From: Spirulina sp.
Lineage (GTDB): Bacteria > Cyanobacteriota > Cyanobacteriia > Phormidesmidales > Phormidesmidaceae
Assembly: GCA_044070495.1 (NCBI GenBank)
Contig: JBIPSI010000017.1
Coordinates: 32,001-96,000, forward strand
DNA: 64,000 nt
Reading direction: 5' to 3'
Shown in pieces: positions 45,386 to 55,975 of this stretch; positions within the stretch are counted from its first letter, which is position 1, and each line of letters opens with the position of its first letter. A program made the translations under genes and the position numbers. The notes beneath the pieces are model-generated. The model saw only the letters and a list, made by a program, of their open reading frames with translations, made no database searches and was not told where the DNA came from.

Positions 45386-46687
45386 ATGTCAGCGATTAAT
45401 GCTTACCCAATCCAAACGGCAAAGATCGAACCGTCTTGCCCCAAACCTCTAAAAGTGCTGTATTACATTGCCTACTACCAGCGCATGGCGGGGGCCAATC
45501 GTAGCTTGTTTGAGTTGATCACCCACCTGCCGCCGTCGATTACGCCCCTGGTGGTAGTGGCTGGGGAGGGACGCGCTGCGGAGGCCTATCGTCAGGCGGG
45601 TATTGCCGTGGAGGTATTGCCACCGGGGCCTAACCTCAGCCAGTTTGGCAAGGCCATGCTGACCTGGTCGCGTCTGAAGCAGGCCCAGGTGGCGCTGACA
45701 GAACTGTTGCCCTATACCCTGCAATGCCTCGCCCTAATGCGCGATTGGCAGCCCGACCTTGTGCATGTGAATGGGGGCCGAGGGGCGTTGATGATTGGCG
45801 CGGCGGCGCGGCTGAGGCGTTGCCCTTTGGTGGGCCATATGCGCGGACAGTTGCCCTTTGGCGGCATTTCCCACTGGTATTTTGAGCAGGTGTCGAGCCG
45901 CATTGTTACCGTCTGCGACGCCATTCAGCAAGACTTGACCCCCACGGGACGGGCGAAGGCCATCACCATCTACAACGGCATTCAAACCCTGCCCCCAGCC
46001 GGACAGCCTAGCCCCTGGCTGCGGGCTTTGAAGGCGCAGGGCACCCTGATTGTGGCCTGTTTTGCCTCGGTGGTGCCCTTCAAGGGATACCACCATCTCC
46101 TCGAGGCGGTGGCTGAACTGAATCGACGGGGGTGGGCCGAGTCGTTGGTGGTGCTTTGCATTGGCGATCTTGAAGCCGAATATCAAGACTATGCCGATTT
46201 TCTGATGCACAGGCAGCAAGCCCTGGGGTTGCACAACGTTACGTTTACGGGCTGGCAGTCGAACCCGTTTGCCTTTTACCAGGTGGCGGATATTGAGGTG
46301 CTGCCCTCGGTGAGCCGAGAGGTGCTGGACTATGGCGGCCAACCCGTCGAGGTGGCGGGCAACGAGGGCTTTCCCCGCACCCACCTAGAGGCGATGACCT
46401 TTGGCCTGCCGATTGTGGCCACCGACATTGCTGGCGTACGAGAACAGGTAGAGGACGGGGTGAATGGCTGGGTGGTGCCGCCGGGAGATGCCCTGGCCCT
46501 GGCCGATGCCCTAGAACGGCTGCTAGCGGATGGCGAGTTGCGATCCCGCCTGGGGCAGGCCGGACGGGATCGGGTACGGCGCAAATTTTCTACCCAGGCC
46601 CACGTGGCCGCTATGGTGCAGGTCTATCAATCGCTGGTTGGGGAAGAGACACTACCGGAGGCTACAGCCCATGGGCAATTGGCTTAG
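45386..46687 (+). CDS. Glycosyltransferase family 4
   Basis: AGANRSL, VPFKGY, EGFPRTHLEAMTFGLPIVATDIAG. Confidence 0.88.
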   Translation: MSAINAYPIQTAKIEPSCPKPLKVLYYIAYYQRMAGANRSLFELITHLPPSITPLVVVAGEGRAAEAYRQAGIAVEVLPPGPNLSQFGKAMLTWSRLKQAQVALTELLPYTLQCLALMRDWQPDLVHVNGGRGALMIGAAARLRRCPLVGHMRGQLPFGGISHWYFEQVSSRIVTVCDAIQQDLTPTGRAKAITIYNGIQTLPPAGQPSPWLRALKAQGTLIVACFASVVPFKGYHHLLEAVAELNRRGWAESLVVLCIGDLEAEYQDYADFLMHRQQALGLHNVTFTGWQSNPFAFYQVADIEVLPSVSREVLDYGGQPVEVAGNEGFPRTHLEAMTFGLPIVATDIAGVREQVEDGVNGWVVPPGDALALADALERLLADGELRSRLGQAGRDRVRRKFSTQAHVAAMVQVYQSLVGEETLPEATAHGQLA

Positions 46688-48206
46688 GAGGATCAGCCAT
46701 CGCCCCTGGCGATGGGGCCTCGTGACCCTAGGGTTGGTGGTTTTGCTAGGGCTGTGGCCTCGGGCCAACCCAGCCCTAGAACCGCAGATGATCCGTCTTT
46801 GGTCGCGGTCAGACGGTGCCCCGATCGCCTACTATGCCGTGGGAGATGAGTTTTTGACGGCGGCCTTTCAGCTGCTGGACGACTACTGGATCGACCTACG
46901 CGACCACAGCCCCAACCTGCTGCGGGGCCACCTCGATCACTACCTCCCCCCCGAACTGCAAGCCCTCCACTACGAGCCTGCCGATGATTTGATGGCGGAT
47001 TTTGCCGACCGCTTCTTTGCCGCCCGCCATCCCCAGACCGGCCTAATTCCCTACGCCTACGATGTTCCCATTCCGGGCGATCCACACAATCCGGCGGAGG
47101 CCCACCTCACCTCCGACCACAAGCAGCCGGTAGGCCTGATCGCCAGGGCGGTGGAGTTTTGCCGCTGGTTTCCCCAAGATCAGACGTTGCAGCAGAATTG
47201 TGTGGATTTGGCCCACCGCACCATGGCCTATTTTGATGTACCCGCCGACCCCCAACCCAATGGCCTATGGGGCTGGGTCGATGTCGGCGATACCCAGGCC
47301 CGCAGTTCCCTCACCCTCACCCAAGACTACGGAGACGTAGCCCTAGCCATGGCCCAGATCTCCCAGTGGACGGGCGATTCCACCTACGCCCAGTGGGCCG
47401 ATGAAAAGGTGAGATTTGTCTGGCAGCAGCGGATGACACCGGATCTCCCCCTCTTGCAGGAACAGTTTGTGCTGGATCGCGCCCTGGAACGCCCCGACGA
47501 ACCCTCCAGCGATACGGACACCCTCTACTTTGTACGGCAGTTGTTCGATCTGGCTGAACGGACGGGCCAGACCACCTACCGCGACTGGGCCTTGGCGGTC
47601 ACCGATCTCTGGGTTGAGCAAGCCTGGAATGAGTCGTGGGGGCACTTTGTCCGCAAGCTGAGCCCCGACGGCACCCCGGCGGTGGACACCCTCTACGGCG
47701 ACGGCAAATACAACACCCTAGCCATCCTAGAGCAGGCCTACGTCGCCACGGGCAAAACCGCCTACCTAGAACGGTTGCGACGGGCCTGGAAAAACTTGGC
47801 AGCCATGGGGCAGGGGGGGCTGGCACCGGAGGCCATCCAACGGGGCCAAGGGAACCCAGCGGAGGAGCTAGATGCCCAGCAAACCTTCTTTTTGGAGATT
47901 TTGGTGGATACCTACAACGCCAGCGGCGATCCGCGTTTTCTCGCCGATGCCGAAGCCCTAGGCCATGCCATTCTGCAACGGGGGGAATCGGTGATGCGGC
48001 TCGAAAGCGGCCAGGCGGGCCAAGCCTTCCTCAAATTGGCCCTAGCCCGACAGCCCGTCGAACGGGTCAGCCTCTCCCTAGCCCAGCCCAACACCCCTAT
48101 CCCCATTACCCAGGCGGGAAAGACCGTAGGCCAACTGGTGCCGCCCACTGAAGAGGTCGTAATCTACCTGGCCGGAGATGGCTACGGCCTGGGCGATCAC
48201 CTGTGA
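46671..48206 (+). CDS. Exported/membrane-anchored alpha/alpha-toroid (six-hairpin glycosidase-like) protein
   Basis: GGAGG RBS; N-terminal hydrophobic anchor; repeated helix-pair motifs (TGDSTYAQWA, TGQTTYRDWA, TGKTAYLERL, SGDPRFLADA). Confidence 0.65.
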   Translation: MGNWLRRISHRPWRWGLVTLGLVVLLGLWPRANPALEPQMIRLWSRSDGAPIAYYAVGDEFLTAAFQLLDDYWIDLRDHSPNLLRGHLDHYLPPELQALHYEPADDLMADFADRFFAARHPQTGLIPYAYDVPIPGDPHNPAEAHLTSDHKQPVGLIARAVEFCRWFPQDQTLQQNCVDLAHRTMAYFDVPADPQPNGLWGWVDVGDTQARSSLTLTQDYGDVALAMAQISQWTGDSTYAQWADEKVRFVWQQRMTPDLPLLQEQFVLDRALERPDEPSSDTDTLYFVRQLFDLAERTGQTTYRDWALAVTDLWVEQAWNESWGHFVRKLSPDGTPAVDTLYGDGKYNTLAILEQAYVATGKTAYLERLRRAWKNLAAMGQGGLAPEAIQRGQGNPAEELDAQQTFFLEILVDTYNASGDPRFLADAEALGHAILQRGESVMRLESGQAGQAFLKLALARQPVERVSLSLAQPNTPIPITQAGKTVGQLVPPTEEVVIYLAGDGYGLGDHL

Positions 48207-48234
48207 TACTCAACCGGATTGAGGATGACAATCC

Positions 48235-48256
48235 GTAGGGGCGCGGTTTCCTCGCC
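48235..48256 (+). repeat. GTAGGGGCG-type REP hairpin
   Basis: GTAGGGGCGCGGTTTCCTCGCC. Confidence 0.65.
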
Positions 48257-48292
48257 AGCTCATAGCAGAACCCAGCCGAATTGAGGATAATA

Positions 48293-48389
48293 AGGCGTTT
48301 GAAAAGGGTTGCCTCAGATGCGATTGGTCGCTAAATCGGGGTCAATTTACGGGATTTTTGACGGTTGAGGCTGACCTCATCGGAATAAC
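48293..48389. mobile_element. Truncated copy of MITE family B
   Basis: GGCGTTTGAAAAGGGTTGCCTCAG...GAGGCTGACCTCATCGG; right TIR missing. Confidence 0.85.
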
Positions 48390-48447
48390 CTTTGATGTAT
48401 TGAAGACGATCCTGGGATTGGGCCTGCGCCCCCTATAGTGAAGGGCA

Positions 48448-49761
48448 GTGATCGACCCGAACCATGTTTTGCCCATGACTCCTGCCTCTGATACTCAAAC
48501 ATCCCCTCCCAAATCTCCCATCGGGCCACGTTTGATGGAACTGGCGCAACTGTTTTTAAAGCTGGGAGCCTTTGGATTTGGTGGCCCCCAGGCCCACATC
48601 GCCATGATCCACGATGAGGCGGTGGTGCGGCGGGGCTGGCTGAGCGAAGAGCAATTTTTAGAGGGGGTGGCCATCTGCGAAATGCTGCCGGGGCCAGCCT
48701 CCACCCAAACCGGGATTTACACGGGCTACGTGCGGGCGGGGTTGCTGGGAGCCTTGGTGGCGGGCACCAGTTTTATCTTTCCGGCCTTTAGCATCATGGT
48801 GGTGCTGTCCTGGGCCTATTTTCGGTTTCAGGGGGTGCCCCAAATTGATCATCTCTTCTTCGGCATTTCCCCGGTGGTCATTGCCATCATCCTGGCCTTT
48901 AGCTGGAAACTCAGCAAGAAATCGATTAAGGACAAAACTGGGGTAGCCATTGCCCTGGGGGCGTTTCTGCTGGCCTGGGGGCTGAAAATTAACGTGCTTC
49001 TGCTCTTTTTGTTGGCGGGCGTTGTCGGTCTGCTGGTCTATCGTCCCCCTGCTACACCGCCAGGAGCGGATTCTTCGACGGTGTCACCTTCGGGAAGGCC
49101 CAATCCCGCCTGGTTAGCGCCCCTGTGGCCCGTGGGTCAATCCCTACCGCGTTTATTGGCCCAGATTTCCAGCGAACCCTTAGCGGTCTCTAGTTTTTGG
49201 GGACTAGAGCGGATTCAGACCTACGCTTGGCCCCTAGCGTCGTTTTTCGTCAAGGTGGGGGCGTTTATCTTTGGCGGCGGGCTGGTGATCATTCCCCTGC
49301 TAGAGTCCTCGGTGGTGGATGACTTTCAATGGATGACCCGCAGCGAATTTTTAGATGGAGTCGCCCTTGGCGAACTCACCCCCGGCCCCGTGGTAATCAC
49401 CGCCGCCTTTGTGGGCTACAAGGTGGCCGGATTTCTGGGGGCTTTAGTAGCCACCGTGGCGATTTTTCTGCCCTCCTTTGGCTTCATTGGGTTGGCCTCA
49501 CCCTTCTTGCTGCGGCTGCGCCAAAATCCCAGGGTCAAGTGCTTTTTGAGGGGGGTGTTGCCAGCGGTGTTGGGGGCTATCCTTGCCGCCACCCTGCCCT
49601 TGGCCCAAGCCGCTTTAACTCAGGAGACTTGGCCCCTTACCCTCGTGGCCATCAGCTTGAGCCTAGCAGCCTTGGTGGCTTTGGTACGGTTTAGGCGACC
49701 CACCTGGCAACTGGTACCCATGGGTGCTTTAGCAGGATTGGCCGTAGGGGCATTATCGTAG
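48448..49761 (+). CDS. chrA: Chromate efflux transporter (long-chain CHR)
   Basis: FLKLGAFGFGGP, LPGPAST, FIFGGGLV, TPGPV duplicated halves. Confidence 0.92.
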   Translation: MIDPNHVLPMTPASDTQTSPPKSPIGPRLMELAQLFLKLGAFGFGGPQAHIAMIHDEAVVRRGWLSEEQFLEGVAICEMLPGPASTQTGIYTGYVRAGLLGALVAGTSFIFPAFSIMVVLSWAYFRFQGVPQIDHLFFGISPVVIAIILAFSWKLSKKSIKDKTGVAIALGAFLLAWGLKINVLLLFLLAGVVGLLVYRPPATPPGADSSTVSPSGRPNPAWLAPLWPVGQSLPRLLAQISSEPLAVSSFWGLERIQTYAWPLASFFVKVGAFIFGGGLVIIPLLESSVVDDFQWMTRSEFLDGVALGELTPGPVVITAAFVGYKVAGFLGALVATVAIFLPSFGFIGLASPFLLRLRQNPRVKCFLRGVLPAVLGAILAATLPLAQAALTQETWPLTLVAISLSLAALVALVRFRRPTWQLVPMGALAGLAVGALS

Positions 49762-49780
49762 GGGCGAGGTCTCCTCGCCC
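49758..49780 (+). repeat. GTAGGGGCG-type REP hairpin whose GTAG contains the chrA stop codon
   Basis: GTAGGGGCGAGGTCTCCTCGCCC; TAG at 49759-49761. Confidence 0.75.
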
Positions 49781-49827
49781 GTTGATACCGGGGGCAAACC
49801 CTCCAGATTCAGGGCGAGAACCGATCC

Positions 49828-50220
49828 CTAGCCTTCGACCTGATCCTTATATTCTGCCGCCGACATCGCGTCATCCAGATCCTCTAGGTTTTCAACCTTC
49901 ACCTTAATCAGCCAGCCATCGCCGTAGGGGTCATCGCCAATTTGCTCCGGGGCGTCGATCAGGGCATCGTTGCGCTCTAGCACCTCACCATCCACGGGAG
50001 ACTTCAGTTCCTCCACCGCCTTCACAGACTCGACATTGCCAAAGCGCTCTCCCTTTTCCACCGAATCGCCAGTATCAGGAAGTTCTAAAAAGACAATGTC
50101 GCCAAGCTGATCAATCGCGAAGGCGGTGATGCCCACGGTGACGATATTTTCCTCTTCATCAACCCGCGCATACTCGTGGGTGTCTAGATATTTCAGGTCT
50201 TCAGGATATTCAAACGCCAT
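49828..50220 (-). CDS. gcvH: Glycine cleavage system H protein
   Basis: HEY, VGIT..A..QLGDIVF, VESVKA lipoyl-Lys, DPYGDGWL. Confidence 0.96.
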   Translation of the reverse strand: MAFEYPEDLKYLDTHEYARVDEEENIVTVGITAFAIDQLGDIVFLELPDTGDSVEKGERFGNVESVKAVEELKSPVDGEVLERNDALIDAPEQIGDDPYGDGWLIKVKVENLEDLDDAMSAAEYKDQVEG

Positions 50221-50371
50221 GGCCTCACCTCCCCCAAAACACGGTCAATTAACGGTATAGACAGGTACCTGTGTGCAAGTTTGCCACGATAACGCCCCTT
50301 TGGAACAGCAATTTTTCGCCCCTGCTTCCCGCCATCCCCCACCGCATCCCCTACCCCCCTCCCTCCCGACC

Positions 50372-50420
50372 CCAACCCCCAATAACCAATAACCAACAAC
50401 CAGTAACCAACAACCAACCC
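50372..50420 (+). repeat. Degenerate heptamer STRR (TAACCAA/CAACCAA)
   Basis: aataaccaataaccaacaaccagtaaccaacaaccaac; same unit as 3748-3817. Confidence 0.8.
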
Positions 50421-50509
50421 AGATCAAAAACTGGCCTTCCCCCCCCAGCGATTTTGGCGCTTGTGTCTACAATGGGGCATGTCCTTTTGTGTCAGGCATT
50501 GCCCCTGCC

Positions 50510-52792
50510 ATGACGAACCCAAATTCTACCCCTCCCCCCAATCCCCCACCCGCGCCGCCGCGCACCCTGCTGAAGACTGTAACCCAGGCGTTTCAGGCGG
50601 TTCAGGCTAAGGTGGATTTTGGCAAGCTGTCGGTGAAGCCCGGTTCCCGTGCGGCCTCGCTGGAGGTGGTGGTGGACGGACGGCCCACCGTTTATCCCTT
50701 GCTAGGGGAGCACTATGTGATGGGGCGCAGTTCTGCCCAGTGCGACATTGTGGCGGCGAGCCCGATTGTCAGCCAGGTACACGCCACTCTAACGCGGGAT
50801 GTGAACCGTCCGGGGCAACCCTTTGTGCTGAAGGATCGCAACTCCACCAACGGCATCTATCGCGGCAAAAAGCGCCTCAGCCGAGTGGTGATGAACCACG
50901 GCGATGTGTATACCCTAGGCCCAGGGGAACTGGCCGATGCGGTAACGATTCGCTACCTCGACCCGCCGCCCTGGTATGTGAAAACCGCCCGCTACGGGCT
51001 TTATGGCTTTACGGGAATTTCTCTGGCGGTGGGGCTGTGGATTGTGGGGATTGAATGGCCCAAAATCCCCATGAATCCGCTGCCGGATTCGGTACAGGGG
51101 CCAGTCATGATCTACGCCGAGGAGGATGGGGTACAGGTGCCCCTGCGGGAACAGCGCAACCAGGCCCACCGCGAACTCCAGAGGATGTCGGATTTCTCCC
51201 CCTACCTGCCCGATGCCCTGATTGCCTCGGAGGATACCCGCTACTACTGGCACCTAGGGGTTGACCCGCTGGGGATTTTGCGGGCGGTGGTAGTGAATGT
51301 GCAGGGGGGTGGCATTCGTCAGGGGGGCAGCACCATCACCCAGCAGCTCGCCCGCAGCATCTACCGAGAATACGTGGGCACCGAGGATTCTGCTGGCCGC
51401 AAGATTCGCGAGGCGATTGTGGCCCTTAAGCTGGAGACCTTCTACAGCAAGAACAAGCTGCTGCTGACTTACATGAACCGGGTCTACCTGGGGGAAAACC
51501 TCTACGGCTTTGAGGATGCGGCCCAGTTTTACTTCGACAAATCCGCCCAGGATTTGACACTCTCGGAAGCGGCGACCCTGGTGGGCATTCTGCCGGGGCC
51601 AAACGCCTTTAACCCCGTTACCAACTACGATGCGGCGGTGTTCTACCGGGATCGCGTCCTAGAACGCATGGTGGCCCTGGGCATGGTCAGCCAGGAGGAA
51701 GGCCGTCGGGCGCGGCGTTCCCGCATTGAAATTAGCCCCGAAGCCACCCGCCAACTGCAAAGCACCCGCGCCCCCTACTTCTATAGCTACATTTTTCAGG
51801 AGCTAGAGACCGTCCTGGGGGAGTCTCTGGCGCGGGAGGGTAACTTTTTGGTGCAAACGGGCCTCGATCTCGATCTCCAGAAGGCCGCCGAAAACGCCCT
51901 CACCGAAGACGTGTCTACCCGTGGCGCGTCCCTTGGCTATTCCCAAGGTGCGGTGGTGACGGTGGATACCCCCTCCGGAGAAATTCGGGCCATGGTGGGC
52001 GGGGTAGATTTTGGCCAAAGCCAGTTTAATCGGGCCTCCCAAGCCCTGCGCCAACCTGGGTCCACCTTTAAACTGTTTGCCTACGGAGCCGCCCTAGAGC
52101 AGGGCATTCCCCCCAGCCGCACCTTCTCCTGCGAATCCATGAACTGGAATGGCCAGCGGTTTGCGGGCTGTCGGGCTGGGTCGGCCCCCATGGATATGTA
52201 TCGGGGCATGGCGCTATCGGAAAACGTGGTGGCCCTGCGTATCGCTAGGGAGGCTGGCCTCGGCAACGTCATCGACAATGCCCAACGACTAGGGATTACC
52301 TCTAACCTGCGGGCCACCCCAGGGTTGACATTAGGGGAAAGCGAAGTGACCCCCCTGGAAATAACCGGATCCTTTGCGGCGGTGGCCAACAATGGCCTAT
52401 GGAACCGTCCCCACGGCATCGTGCGCGTCCTCGATAGCAGCGACTGCACCGATCCCAACACGCCTTCTACCTGCCGCGTCGTCTACGAATTTGGCCAAGC
52501 CGGAGATGCGGATCGCCCCGCCGTTGACCCCGCCATTGCCAATACCCTGGTCGGTTTACTCCAGGGTGTGGTGCAGGGGGGCACGGGCCGCAACGCCTTT
52601 TTGGGCCTGGGGGAACACGGCAAAACCGGAACCACCGACGACAACCGCGACCTCTGGTATGTGGGCACCCTCCCCAGCTACGGCCTCACCACGGGCATTT
52701 GGCTCGGCAATGACGACAACACCCCCACCAATGGCAGCAGTGGCCAAGCCGCCGCCGTTTGGGGCAACTACATGCGCCAAGTCGTGAGGTAA
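50510..52792 (+). CDS. FHA-domain class A penicillin-binding protein (transglycosylase/transpeptidase)
   Basis: FHA (MGRS..SQVHA..DRNSTNG), TM, EDTRYY.H.G, GGSTITQQL, RKIRE, QPGSTFK, SEN, KTG. Confidence 0.92.
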   Translation: MTNPNSTPPPNPPPAPPRTLLKTVTQAFQAVQAKVDFGKLSVKPGSRAASLEVVVDGRPTVYPLLGEHYVMGRSSAQCDIVAASPIVSQVHATLTRDVNRPGQPFVLKDRNSTNGIYRGKKRLSRVVMNHGDVYTLGPGELADAVTIRYLDPPPWYVKTARYGLYGFTGISLAVGLWIVGIEWPKIPMNPLPDSVQGPVMIYAEEDGVQVPLREQRNQAHRELQRMSDFSPYLPDALIASEDTRYYWHLGVDPLGILRAVVVNVQGGGIRQGGSTITQQLARSIYREYVGTEDSAGRKIREAIVALKLETFYSKNKLLLTYMNRVYLGENLYGFEDAAQFYFDKSAQDLTLSEAATLVGILPGPNAFNPVTNYDAAVFYRDRVLERMVALGMVSQEEGRRARRSRIEISPEATRQLQSTRAPYFYSYIFQELETVLGESLAREGNFLVQTGLDLDLQKAAENALTEDVSTRGASLGYSQGAVVTVDTPSGEIRAMVGGVDFGQSQFNRASQALRQPGSTFKLFAYGAALEQGIPPSRTFSCESMNWNGQRFAGCRAGSAPMDMYRGMALSENVVALRIAREAGLGNVIDNAQRLGITSNLRATPGLTLGESEVTPLEITGSFAAVANNGLWNRPHGIVRVLDSSDCTDPNTPSTCRVVYEFGQAGDADRPAVDPAIANTLVGLLQGVVQGGTGRNAFLGLGEHGKTGTTDDNRDLWYVGTLPSYGLTTGIWLGNDDNTPTNGSSGQAAAVWGNYMRQVVR

Positions 52793-52804
52793 TCTCACCT
52801 CAAC

Positions 52805-52932
52805 CTGGTTGACTGACAAAAGATTCTGCACCGGGCGAGGAAACCTCGCCCCTACGGTGTTTGGATAGTAGGGGGCAGGTTCCCTGACCCTTTAACGGAT
52901 CTGGTTTCTAGCGAGTTTTGTCCGTCAATCAG
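52805..52932. mobile_element. Full-length older copy of MITE family C
   Basis: CTGGTTGACTGACAAAA ... TTTTGTCCGTCAATCAG; target duplication eroded. Confidence 0.85.
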
Positions 52933-52964
52933 CCAATCGACTTATCCCCATCAACCGCAAAACC

Positions 52965-53165
52965 CTAATCGTCTGGAAATTGCCAGCAGGCGATGTGCTC
53001 AACCCGACGGCTCCCACAGGCACAAATCGCCTCATCGGAGGAATCCATCCAGGTGGCATCGCAGTCGCGGCAATGGCAGAGCACATTGTTTAAATTGGCC
53101 TGGGATAGACCAAATCGCCAGCGCTCTAGTTCTTCAGGGGTGAAATGGGATGGGGTATCGGCCAT
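52965..53165 (-). CDS. Small Cys-rich (probable Zn-binding) hypothetical protein
   Basis: CHCRDC...CACGS...ACWQFPDD in 66 aa. Confidence 0.7.
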   Translation of the reverse strand: MADTPSHFTPEELERWRFGLSQANLNNVLCHCRDCDATWMDSSDEAICACGSRRVEHIACWQFPDD

Positions 53166-53285
53166 GGGGGAAATGAACTTGATAGGCTGAATTGCCTGGG
53201 TAAAACGCGACAACATTCAGGTTAACCCTGAAACTCCCAAGGTAATAGGTGGGAGGCCCTAAGCGCTTTACCCAAACAATAGGGT

Positions 53286-53936
53286 TTACAGTTCTTCGGC
53301 GACAGAGTTCAGGCCCACAATATCTTCATAGGCAGCGGCCAGAACACAGGTCGATAGAGGAATAGTAACTAAAGCCCCAATGCCAAGCAAAATAAAGCCA
53401 GCCAACACTAAAAAACTGAGAAGGATGGCCAATCCAAAAAACGACCACCAGCGCTTGGTGATGAGTTTTCGACTAGTTTCCATGGCCGACCAGAATTCCA
53501 TGTTTTTGTCAATCACGAAAAGTGGAGCAAACATATAGGAAGTGGCCAGATAGATTCCAGGTAGAATCAAAGCAATCATCCCTAATGCAATGAGAATGGT
53601 TGATACAAGTGAGGTGAGGAACAGCGGCAGGAACTTTTTAAAGCCGTTGAAGAAGTCGCTGAAATTTTTAGGGCGATTGCGGGCAATCTGAAAGGCTACG
53701 ATATAGAAGCCTGCACCTAAAATAGGGGAAATAATGTTGAAAATTAGGCTGCCGATAGGAGCTTCACCTTCACCTCCTCCTATCGCACTAAAGGCACCCG
53801 CAATTACACCGAAGATAAGGGTGTAGAGGATAAATCCCCAGGCATAGGACTTAAAGATTTCCCAACCTCGTCCAAAGTAATCGCCAATCTTAACTTCATA
53901 GTCGCGGCTGAGTAGATCAGCACTAAAACTGCTCAT
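53286..53936 (-). CDS. Hypothetical integral membrane protein
   Basis: About 5 TMs, FSDFFNGF, LILPGIYL, FWSAMETSRKL; AT-rich. Confidence 0.8.
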   Translation of the reverse strand: MSSFSADLLSRDYEVKIGDYFGRGWEIFKSYAWGFILYTLIFGVIAGAFSAIGGGEGEAPIGSLIFNIISPILGAGFYIVAFQIARNRPKNFSDFFNGFKKFLPLFLTSLVSTILIALGMIALILPGIYLATSYMFAPLFVIDKNMEFWSAMETSRKLITKRWWSFFGLAILLSFLVLAGFILLGIGALVTIPLSTCVLAAAYEDIVGLNSVAEEL

Positions 53937-54278
53937 GGGTTGACTCCCCAATAATGATAGACGTTGCCTACAGCCTATCGGCAACCCAGGAATTAGCGCG
54001 AAAGTATTGGGAAAAATTTATCTTGTTGAGCCTGCTCCTGCATTCTGTCTACAGCAACTCCCAAATCGCTACAGCTAATCCTATCGAAGCGGATCCATTA
54101 AATCCCTGGATAATCAATCTCATTCAGGGTTCACAGCTTACAGAGCGAACGGAAAGAGGCTATCCATGGCGTGCTGCATCCCACAGGCCGAATTGATGGA
54201 AAGGGGAGCCGAGGTACTTATAATGAGGGTTTGTGAATTCCACCGTTTGCTCAAACCCTACCCTTGCCACTGTCAACC

Positions 54279-55835
54279 ATGTCCTCCGACGCTACCCGTT
54301 CTGGCCAAAGCGCCTCCAGCCTAGAAGAAATCCGTGCCGCCCGTCTGCAAAAGGTGGAAGACCTGAAGCAGGTAGGTCAGAATCCCTTTGCCTATCGTTG
54401 GGATGTCACCCACCAGACCGCCCAGCTTCAGGAAAAATATGCCGACTTGGCCGCTGGGGAAGAGGTGGCGGATACGGTTTCCATTGCCGGACGGATTTTG
54501 GCGCGGCGGGTGTTTGGCAAACTGGCCTTCTTTGGCTTGCAGGACGAGTCGGGCACAATTCAGCTTTATTTAGAGAAAGCCACCATTCAGGAGCAAATGG
54601 GGGCTGAGGATGAGAAGGCCTTTGATCATTTAAAGCAGCTTACGGACGTAGGCGACATTATCGGCGTGACGGGCACCATCAAGCGCACGGACAAGGGCGA
54701 GCTATCGGTGAAAGTGCAGCGCTACGCCATGCTCACCAAGGCGCTGTTGCCCCTGCCCGACAAATGGCACGGGTTGACCGATGTGGCCAAACGCTACCGT
54801 CAGCGCTATGTGGATTTAATTGTGAACCCCACCGTGCGCGATACCTTCCGCAAGCGGGCGCTGATTACCACCGGGATTCGCCGCTATTTGGAAGACCGGG
54901 GCTTTTTGGAAATCGAAACCCCGGTACTGCAAAGCGAGGCGGGGGGAGCCGAGGCGCGGCCCTTCATCACTTACCACAACACGTTGGATATGGAGTTGTA
55001 TCTCCGCATCGCCACGGAACTGCACCTGAAGCGCTTGGTGGTGGGTGGCTTTGAAAAGGTGTTTGAAATTGGCCGCATCTTCCGCAATGAGGGCGTTTCC
55101 ACCCGCCACAACCCCGAATTTACCAGCGTGGAATTCTACCAAGCCTACGCCGACTACCACGACTTTATGGATCTCACCGAGGACTTGGTGGCGACCCTGG
55201 CTAAGGACATTTTGGGGACAACTCAAATTACCTATCAAGGGGTGGATATTGACCTGACGCCCCCCTGGAAGCGGATTTCCATGCACGATCTCGTCAAAGA
55301 GCACACGGGTATGGATTTCCATACCTTCACAACCCTGGAGGAGGCCAAGGCGGCGGTGAAATCCCTCAACCTGCACGGGGTGGAGGATTGCGACTCCATC
55401 GGCAAACTGCTGAACGAGGTGTTTGAGCAAAAAATCGAAGAAACCCTGATTCAGCCCACATTTTTGATCGACCATCCCGTGGAAATTTCGCCCCTCTCCA
55501 AGCCCCACCGCAGCAAGCCGGGAGTGGTGGAACGGTTCGAGCTATTTGTGGCCGGACGGGAAACCGCCAACGGCTTCTCGGAGTTGACCGACCCCATCGA
55601 CCAACGCCATCGCTTTGAGCTGCAAGCTGCTCGCAAGGCCGCCGGAGACGTAGAAGCCACCGGGGTAGACGAGGACTTCCTCACCGCCCTAGAACACGGT
55701 ATGCCCCCCACCTGCGGCGAAGGCATCGGCATCGACCGCCTGGTGATGCTGCTCACCGACAGCGCCAGTATCCGCGACGTGATTGCCTTCCCCCTACTGA
55801 AGCCAGAAAAGCGCGAGGAATCGGAGACAGAGTAA
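54279..55835 (+). CDS. lysS: Lysine--tRNA ligase (class II)
   Basis: [44 protein letters not shown]. Confidence 0.97.
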   Translation: MSSDATRSGQSASSLEEIRAARLQKVEDLKQVGQNPFAYRWDVTHQTAQLQEKYADLAAGEEVADTVSIAGRILARRVFGKLAFFGLQDESGTIQLYLEKATIQEQMGAEDEKAFDHLKQLTDVGDIIGVTGTIKRTDKGELSVKVQRYAMLTKALLPLPDKWHGLTDVAKRYRQRYVDLIVNPTVRDTFRKRALITTGIRRYLEDRGFLEIETPVLQSEAGGAEARPFITYHNTLDMELYLRIATELHLKRLVVGGFEKVFEIGRIFRNEGVSTRHNPEFTSVEFYQAYADYHDFMDLTEDLVATLAKDILGTTQITYQGVDIDLTPPWKRISMHDLVKEHTGMDFHTFTTLEEAKAAVKSLNLHGVEDCDSIGKLLNEVFEQKIEETLIQPTFLIDHPVEISPLSKPHRSKPGVVERFELFVAGRETANGFSELTDPIDQRHRFELQAARKAAGDVEATGVDEDFLTALEHGMPPTCGEGIGIDRLVMLLTDSASIRDVIAFPLLKPEKREESETE

Positions 55836-55844
55836 GCGGGCTTA

Positions 55845-55975
55845 GAGGGCGTTTGAAAGGGGTTGCCTCAAGTGCGATTGGTCGCTAAATCGGTGCAAAT
55901 CTAAGGGATTTTTGACGACTGAGGCTGACCTCATCGGTATAACTTGGGACACGCTTCGGCTTTTCAAACGTCCTC
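55845..55975. mobile_element. MITE family B, 131 bp, TTA target duplication
   Basis: TTA-GAGGGCGTTTGAAA...TTTCAAACGTCCTC-TTA. Confidence 0.9.

Noticed and set aside
50510..52792. FHA-PBP fusion as a novelty
   Set aside because: This architecture is already known in cyanobacteria.
53954..54260. Lysine riboswitch/T-box or an 80-aa ORF upstream of lysS
   Set aside because: No recognisable conserved riboswitch motifs and no protein features in the ORF.
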